A DNA stretch of 53,490 nt from Gammaproteobacteria bacterium (GTDB lineage Bacteria; Pseudomonadota; Gammaproteobacteria; SZUA-229), in NCBI GenBank assembly GCA_011051475.1, contig DRLE01000036.1:1-53490 (forward strand), in the 5' to 3' direction. The notes beneath the pieces are model-generated. The model did no database searches. It was not told the DNA's origin and worked only from the letters and a program-made list of their open reading frames with translations. A program made the position numbers and the translations under genes. Of this stretch, positions 47,999-53,490 are shown one piece after another (position 1 is the first letter of the stretch; every line of letters starts with the position of its first letter).

Positions 47999-50512
47999 GT
48001 GCGTTTTCTAAATATTTTCAAGTTATTCCTTATCGTTTCCCTGGTTATGTCGCTGCTGATTGCTGCAACGGTGGTTGGCGGCTATTTCTACCTCAACCCC
48101 AAATTACCTTCCATCGAAGGTTTGAGTAATGTGCAACTTCAGGTACCTCTACGTATTTATAGCAGTGATGGCGCATTAATGGGGGAATTCGGCGAGAAAA
48201 GACGTACGCCGAAAAAACTTGATGAGATTCCGGCGCTGATGCAGCAGGCATTCCTGTCTGCCGAGGATGACCGTTTCTTTGAGCACCCGGGTGTTGATTA
48301 TCAGGGGATTCTGCGTGCCGCCATGCATCTGGTAATGACCGGCGAACGCGGCCAGGGTGGCAGTACCATTACCATGCAGCTGGCGCGCAACTTCTATTTA
48401 AGCAGTGAAAAAACCTATTTACGCAAGCTCAACGAAATTCTGCTGGCACTGAAAATCGAGCGCGAGCTGAACAAGGAGAAAATCCTTGAGCTTTACCTGA
48501 ACAAGATTTACCTGGGTAACCGTTCCTACGGTGTGGCGGCCGCCGCGCAGATATACTATGGCGTTGACCTGGACGACCTGACCCTGGCGCAGATAGCCAT
48601 GATAGCAGGCCTGCCGAAGGCGCCTTCCACCTACAACCCGATTATCAATCCCGAGCGCGCCATTATCCGTCGCAATTATGTACTCGGGCGCATGCTGCAA
48701 CTGGGTTATATCAATAATGAACAGTTTGCCCAGGCAAAGGCCGCGCCGGTAACGGCCAGGCGCCATCGCAGCATGCTGGGTGTTTACGCGCCCTATGTCA
48801 ATGAAATGGCGCGCTCCGAAATTGTCCGGCAATTCGGCGATCAGGCCTATGTGCGCGGTCTGAAAGTCTACACCACGATCAACAAGCGCCTGCAGCAGGC
48901 AGCCAACGACAGTATCTGGAACGGTCTGGTCGCCTATGACCGGCGCCATGGTTATCGTGGAGTGATTCGTCATGTGGATATGGATGGGGGAAGCGGAGGT
49001 GCGGCGTCCACCGGCGAGCCCGCCGACCTGTCAGAGGTCTTAAAGGATGATGAAAATTATGGCCGCTTTGTGCCCGCGCTGATTCTGTCGGTTAATGATG
49101 ACAGCTCCGCTGTGCCACCGGCCACTGAAACCAGAGGCGGAGCAGGGGCCGAGGCAGCGGTTGTGGCCGAAGACAAGCGTTCCGCCATTGCCCTGCTGAA
49201 AGATGGCAACCAGGTTCGCATACCCTGGTCGGGCATTAAATGGGCACGTAAATATATCAGTGTTAACCGTGTCGGTGATGAGCTGAAGACCGTATCGGAA
49301 GTGATTAAACCCGGTGACGTGGTCTGGCTGGCGCATGAGCCGGCCAGCGGCTGGAGCCTGGCGCAGATACCCGAAATACAGGGTGCGCTGGTTTCGGTCG
49401 ACCCCAATACCGGCGCCATACAGGCGCTGACCGGCGGCTTTGACTTTGCTCACAGCAAGTTTAACCGCGTGGTACAGGCCAAAAGGCAGGCAGGCTCCGG
49501 CTTCAAGCCGATTATTTATGCGGCTGCCCTGGAAAAATCCTATACCCCTGCCACATTGATCAATGATGCGCCGGTCGTGTTCGAGGACAAGGCACTGGAG
49601 GCGGCATGGCGACCGGAAAACTACAGCGGCAAAACCTTTGGTCCCACCCGCCTGCGCGAAGCGCTGTATAAATCACGAAACCTGGTTTCCATACGTATTC
49701 TGCGTTCCATCGGTATCAGGTATGCTACCGAGTTTGCGAAGAACTTCGGCCTTGATCCGGCCGAACTGCCGCATGACCTGTCACTGGCGCTGGGCAGTGC
49801 CGAGGTCAGTCCGCTGCAGATGTCGCGTGTGTACTCTGTTTTTGCTACCGGCGGTTATCTGACCAAGCCCTATCTGATTCAGCGTATTGTTGATGCAGAC
49901 GGCAGTGTTCTGTTCGAGGCGGATCCGGTTGTGGCCTGTGTGTCCTGTGTGATCAGGCAGCAGAAATGGTCCGGTCAGGACAGTGAAGACAGCCTGGTTA
50001 AACTGCCGAAACAGGCGGAAAGAACCCTGGAGCCGCGCCTGGCTTTCCAGATGAACTCCATTCTGCAGGACGTGATTCTGCGTGGTACCGGCCGGCGAGC
50101 GCTGGCGCTGGGTCGCAAGGATCTCGCAGGCAAGACCGGTACCACCAATGATCAGCGTGATGCCTGGTTCAATGGCTATAACCCCGACCTGGTAACCACG
50201 ACCTGGCTGGGCTTTGACCAACTGAAGCCGCTGGGCAACCGGGAAACGGCTTCACGTGCGGCACTGCCTGTCTGGATCGACTTTATGCGCGTCGCTCTGG
50301 CTGGCAAGCCCGAGCGTCAGCTGCCGCGGCCTGAAGGCCTGGTGACGATCAAGATCAACGCGGAAACCGGTCAGATTGCCACCGATACCGATACCAATAC
50401 CGTGTTCGAGATTTTCCGCAAGGAAAGGGTGCCTGCCATGAACAGTGCGCCGCAGATGGAAGTGCCGGCCAGTGGGAATGATGCCGCGGCTATTCCGGAA
50501 CAGCTTTTCTAG
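47999..50512 (+). CDS. mrcA: Penicillin-binding protein 1A (bifunctional transglycosylase/transpeptidase)
   Basis: The transglycosylase motifs EDDRFFEHPGVD, GGSTITMQLARN and RKLNEILLALKIE are present. The transpeptidase motifs are S-x-x-K (GSGFKP), SRN and KTGTT. It is divergent from pilM, as in many Gammaproteobacteria. GTG start. Confidence 0.92.
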   Translation: MRFLNIFKLFLIVSLVMSLLIAATVVGGYFYLNPKLPSIEGLSNVQLQVPLRIYSSDGALMGEFGEKRRTPKKLDEIPALMQQAFLSAEDDRFFEHPGVDYQGILRAAMHLVMTGERGQGGSTITMQLARNFYLSSEKTYLRKLNEILLALKIERELNKEKILELYLNKIYLGNRSYGVAAAAQIYYGVDLDDLTLAQIAMIAGLPKAPSTYNPIINPERAIIRRNYVLGRMLQLGYINNEQFAQAKAAPVTARRHRSMLGVYAPYVNEMARSEIVRQFGDQAYVRGLKVYTTINKRLQQAANDSIWNGLVAYDRRHGYRGVIRHVDMDGGSGGAASTGEPADLSEVLKDDENYGRFVPALILSVNDDSSAVPPATETRGGAGAEAAVVAEDKRSAIALLKDGNQVRIPWSGIKWARKYISVNRVGDELKTVSEVIKPGDVVWLAHEPASGWSLAQIPEIQGALVSVDPNTGAIQALTGGFDFAHSKFNRVVQAKRQAGSGFKPIIYAAALEKSYTPATLINDAPVVFEDKALEAAWRPENYSGKTFGPTRLREALYKSRNLVSIRILRSIGIRYATEFAKNFGLDPAELPHDLSLALGSAEVSPLQMSRVYSVFATGGYLTKPYLIQRIVDADGSVLFEADPVVACVSCVIRQQKWSGQDSEDSLVKLPKQAERTLEPRLAFQMNSILQDVILRGTGRRALALGRKDLAGKTGTTNDQRDAWFNGYNPDLVTTTWLGFDQLKPLGNRETASRAALPVWIDFMRVALAGKPERQLPRPEGLVTIKINAETGQIATDTDTNTVFEIFRKERVPAMNSAPQMEVPASGNDAAAIPEQLF

Positions 50513-50520
50513 CCGCTTCC

Positions 50521-52761
50521 CTAGTTATTGCGTAACAGGAAGTTGTTTCCCAGATTGAAGTAGAAGGCGTTTTCTCCCTTGTCGGTGGCGCCGACGGCCA
50601 GATAAATCGGTCCAAGAAAGGTGTCGACACTCAGGAACAGGCTGCCGGCATAGCGTATATTGTCCCGCTTGATGTCACCGGACTCCAGCCAGGCATTGCC
50701 CGCTTCCAGTGAAAAGCCGCCGTAGGTCGGTAGCAGTGATGATTCTCCCAGCTTGCGCGAGAAAACAGCCTGCAGCATGCCGAAGTGCTGTCCCAGAAGT
50801 TCATTGCGTACCGTTCCCGACAGCTCCAGAAAGCCACCGTGCAGAAACAGGTTATTGATATTGGGTAACTGTTTGTTGTCATTCAGCGTGGTTTCGGCGA
50901 TCAGGCGGCTGAGTACGGTATAGCGCTTGTAGGTGCCGGCAACCGCCAGCGCCAGCTTGATCTGGTCGAGATCCAGGTCCGAGCCGAGACTTTCCCGGTT
51001 GGCAATATATTCCAGGTTGGCGTACATGCCCGAGGTGGGAACGCCGAAACTGTTCAGTGAGTCGTGGCGCAGACGTACAAACAGGTAGTTTTCATCGAAA
51101 TCAGGTCTGTTGGCTTCGACACCGCTGATTGAACTGATGCTGCCTGAAGCATCATGAAAGCCAAAGCGCAGGTCGGTTGTCTGCATAAAGGTCTTGCCGA
51201 CAGCAAGAATGTAGTAGTCCCGGTTAATGCGTTCAACGCCCAGAACAACTTTGTCATCGAGTATCGGAAATATCCTGGTGTCATAACCGCGCTTGCCGGA
51301 AAAATAATAATCCAGTTTCAGCGTCAGCGGCTGGAAGTATTCCAGCTCTATTTCGGGCTCACTGCCCAGGGCAGCGATGGCACGAATCTCACCGGCCAGG
51401 CTGTTGATAGTGCTGGTAAACGAGGCGTACAGGTTGGTAATCGACTGAATTTCGAAGCTGGTCTCGATGGAGAGGCCAAACTCCAGGTATTCCCGTGCCC
51501 ACTTGCGGTCCCGAACATAGATAAACAGACCGGTTTTGCCATCGCGTTTTTCAACGGAATAAACCACCGAGCTGGCGTAATCCAGTCCGTATATCGCCGA
51601 AAGATCATCCTCCAGCTGCAGCACGTCCAGCGGCTCCCCGGTTTTCTGTGAGATTCTTACCTTGATAATGCCGTCCCTGAGTATGGTGTTGTTATGGATT
51701 TCTATAAAGTCGATAATCGGGTTTCTGTCGGCGATCTTCGGCAGGGACTGTTTATAGCTGGCGTAGTCTTCATCACTCAGGCTGTAGCGTTTCAAGGACG
51801 CCAGTTGTTCCATGGCTGAAACCTGGCCTGCTTTGATCAGCTCCGGGTATTTATTGAAGTCGGAAGAGGTGATCTCGCGCTCACCGGGAACGATCAGGAC
51901 GTCCTGTTTCCCCAGGGATTTCAGCTGCTCATCGGCAATACGCCGGGTCATTATGGTTGTCAGCTGGCCGGTGACATCCAGGCCGGATTTGATGTCTTCT
52001 TTTTTCAGCAGGGGCGCGCTGACGTCAACCACAATAACAACCTCTGCGCCCATATTTCGGGCCACACCAATCGGGATATTGTTGGCGATACCGCCGTCGA
52101 CCAGTAGTGTGCCGTCGATGGTGATCGGCGGCAGGGCACCGGGAATCGACATACTGGCGCGCATGGCGCGGGCGATATTGCCGTGGTCGATGATAAAGGG
52201 TTTGCCGTTTTCAAGATTGGTGGCGACGGCGCGATAGGGAATGCTCAGTTTGTCAAAATCCCTGACATTGAAACCGGGGTAGGCGAGGCGGTCCAGCGCC
52301 AGTTCTATCTGCTGGCCCTCGATAATGCCGGGCGGAATGACGATCCTGTTATCGACAAAGCCCAGGCGCTTGATGCCGTAGAAATCGTAATCGTCCTGCT
52401 TGCGGCGGAAGCGTTTCTGGTAGCGTTTGGCAAAGTCGATAAACACCCTGTCCCAGTCGATGCCGGTAACGCCGAACTCGATATCCTCGGGCGTCAGGCC
52501 AATGGCATAAAGGCCGCCGACAATCGAGCCCATACTGGTGCCGACAACGAAATCGACCGGTATATTGTTCTCCTCCAGTACCTTCAGTACACCGATATGG
52601 GCAAAACCGCGGGCGCCACCACCGCTCAGTACCAGGCCGATTTTCGGGCGTGGATTTCCGGCGGCTTCAGGACTTTCCTGTTCAGCGGCTTTGGCTACCT
52701 GACAGCTAAGCAGAAGGAGGCACAGGTTAAGGGTATTTAGCAGCCATTTTGAATACGGCAT
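50521..52761 (-). CDS. PlpD-like patatin phospholipase fused to a POTRA/Omp85-type beta-barrel (type Vd autotransporter architecture)
   Basis: Signal peptide, then the patatin motifs GLVLSGGGARGFAHIGVL, GTSMGS (nucleophile elbow) and LVDGGIANNIP (catalytic Asp). The C-terminal roughly 350 aa are aromatic-rich with alternating beta-strands and end in ...NLGNNFLLRNN. Start chosen at ATG 52761. Confidence 0.8.
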   Translation of the reverse strand: MPYSKWLLNTLNLCLLLLSCQVAKAAEQESPEAAGNPRPKIGLVLSGGGARGFAHIGVLKVLEENNIPVDFVVGTSMGSIVGGLYAIGLTPEDIEFGVTGIDWDRVFIDFAKRYQKRFRRKQDDYDFYGIKRLGFVDNRIVIPPGIIEGQQIELALDRLAYPGFNVRDFDKLSIPYRAVATNLENGKPFIIDHGNIARAMRASMSIPGALPPITIDGTLLVDGGIANNIPIGVARNMGAEVVIVVDVSAPLLKKEDIKSGLDVTGQLTTIMTRRIADEQLKSLGKQDVLIVPGEREITSSDFNKYPELIKAGQVSAMEQLASLKRYSLSDEDYASYKQSLPKIADRNPIIDFIEIHNNTILRDGIIKVRISQKTGEPLDVLQLEDDLSAIYGLDYASSVVYSVEKRDGKTGLFIYVRDRKWAREYLEFGLSIETSFEIQSITNLYASFTSTINSLAGEIRAIAALGSEPEIELEYFQPLTLKLDYYFSGKRGYDTRIFPILDDKVVLGVERINRDYYILAVGKTFMQTTDLRFGFHDASGSISSISGVEANRPDFDENYLFVRLRHDSLNSFGVPTSGMYANLEYIANRESLGSDLDLDQIKLALAVAGTYKRYTVLSRLIAETTLNDNKQLPNINNLFLHGGFLELSGTVRNELLGQHFGMLQAVFSRKLGESSLLPTYGGFSLEAGNAWLESGDIKRDNIRYAGSLFLSVDTFLGPIYLAVGATDKGENAFYFNLGNNFLLRNN

Positions 52762-52828
52762 GGTTATTGTTTTTTTACCGGTGACCGTGACAGGTAAAAG
52801 TATAACCAAACTTCAGCAGGCTGTGGAT

Positions 52829-53490
52829 TTATTTATGGTAGGGAAGACTGAGTTCGTGAACGGCGTCAACCAGGGCGGCGACGTTTTCGGGTGTAATGTT
52901 CGGCGTAATGCCGTGTCCCAGGTTAAATACGTGACCGCTGCCCGGGTTGTCGTGCTGGCCGAAACCGGCAAGGATATTTGCAGCTTCCTTTCTGATGACA
53001 TCGGCATTGGTGGCCATAACGGCCGGGTCCATATTGCCCTGCAGGGCAACCTTGTTACCAATACGCTGGCGGGCCTGGTGAATATCGACCGACCAGTCCA
53101 GACCTACCGCATCGCAGCCGGTGGCCGCGATATCTTCCAGCCAGAGGCCGCCACCCTTGGTAAACAGGATAACCGGGATTTTTTCACCGTCTTTCTCGCG
53201 CTGCAGCTGGTCGACGATTTTCTGCATATAGGCCAGGGAAAAGTCACGATAATGGTTTGTGGTCAGGGCGCCGCCCCAGCTGTCGAAAATCATCACGGCC
53301 TGGGCGCCGGCGTCGATCTGCGCGTTCAGATAGCTGGCGACCGAGTCGGCCAGCTTGTCCATCAGCATGTGTGCGCTGGCCGGGTCGGCAAACAGCATGC
53401 CTTTTATTTTCGAGAACGATTTGCTGCTGCCGCCTTCCACCATGTAGGTGGCCAGGGTCCAGGGACTGCCGGAAAAACCGATCAGCGGTA
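52829..53490 (-). CDS. hemE: Uroporphyrinogen decarboxylase, 3' portion (5' end outside the window)
   Basis: The frame is open to the window edge (..[20 protein letters not shown]..). Motifs IFDSWGG, ILFTKGG and FNLGHGI are present. Confidence 0.92.
   Translation of the reverse strand, partial: PLIGFSGSPWTLATYMVEGGSSKSFSKIKGMLFADPASAHMLMDKLADSVASYLNAQIDAGAQAVMIFDSWGGALTTNHYRDFSLAYMQKIVDQLQREKDGEKIPVILFTKGGGLWLEDIAATGCDAVGLDWSVDIHQARQRIGNKVALQGNMDPAVMATNADVIRKEAANILAGFGQHDNPGSGHVFNLGHGITPNITPENVAALVDAVHELSLPYHK

Overview
Dense, chromosomal-looking gammaproteobacterial window with about 46 genes. I recognised no rRNA, tRNA, CRISPR array, transposase or integrase by eye. Nt 1-9300 looks like an accessory periplasmic metal-redox block. 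It holds the 3' part of a type II Mo-bisPGD (EBDH/Ddh/Ser/Nar-like) operon (Fe-S beta, EB_dh-type heme-b gamma, TorD-like chaperone), a 160-bp palindromic element, moaA and a 680-bp AT-rich gap. It then carries two paralogous two-domain multicopper-oxidase-like genes whose copper-ligand sets are reciprocally degenerate, and a convergent FixL/FixJ-type two-component system. The MCO pair is my top finding: a probable obligate heteromeric 'split' MCO in which only one partner carries a Tat signal. Nt 9300-53490 is core genome with Pseudomonas-like synteny (from memory): yggT-proC; pilT plus two pilU paralogues; pyrC'-pyrB-pyrR-ruvX-yqgE-tonB-apbE-gshB; pilGHIJ-chpA-chpC without cheR/cheB homologues; rsmE; and the methyl-cycle cluster metK-ahcY-metF with a clear SAH riboswitch in front of ahcY. 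It continues with dgt-dnaG, aroK-aroB, pilMNOPQ with an extra low-GC lipoprotein gene inside the secretin operon, mrcA, a PlpD-like patatin autotransporter and the 3' part of hemE. Non-coding structure comprises a MITE/REP-like inverted-repeat family (2 copies), a 101-102-bp tandem repeat in the metK leader and several intrinsic terminators. All family calls rest on motif recognition in the supplied translations; no database search was possible.
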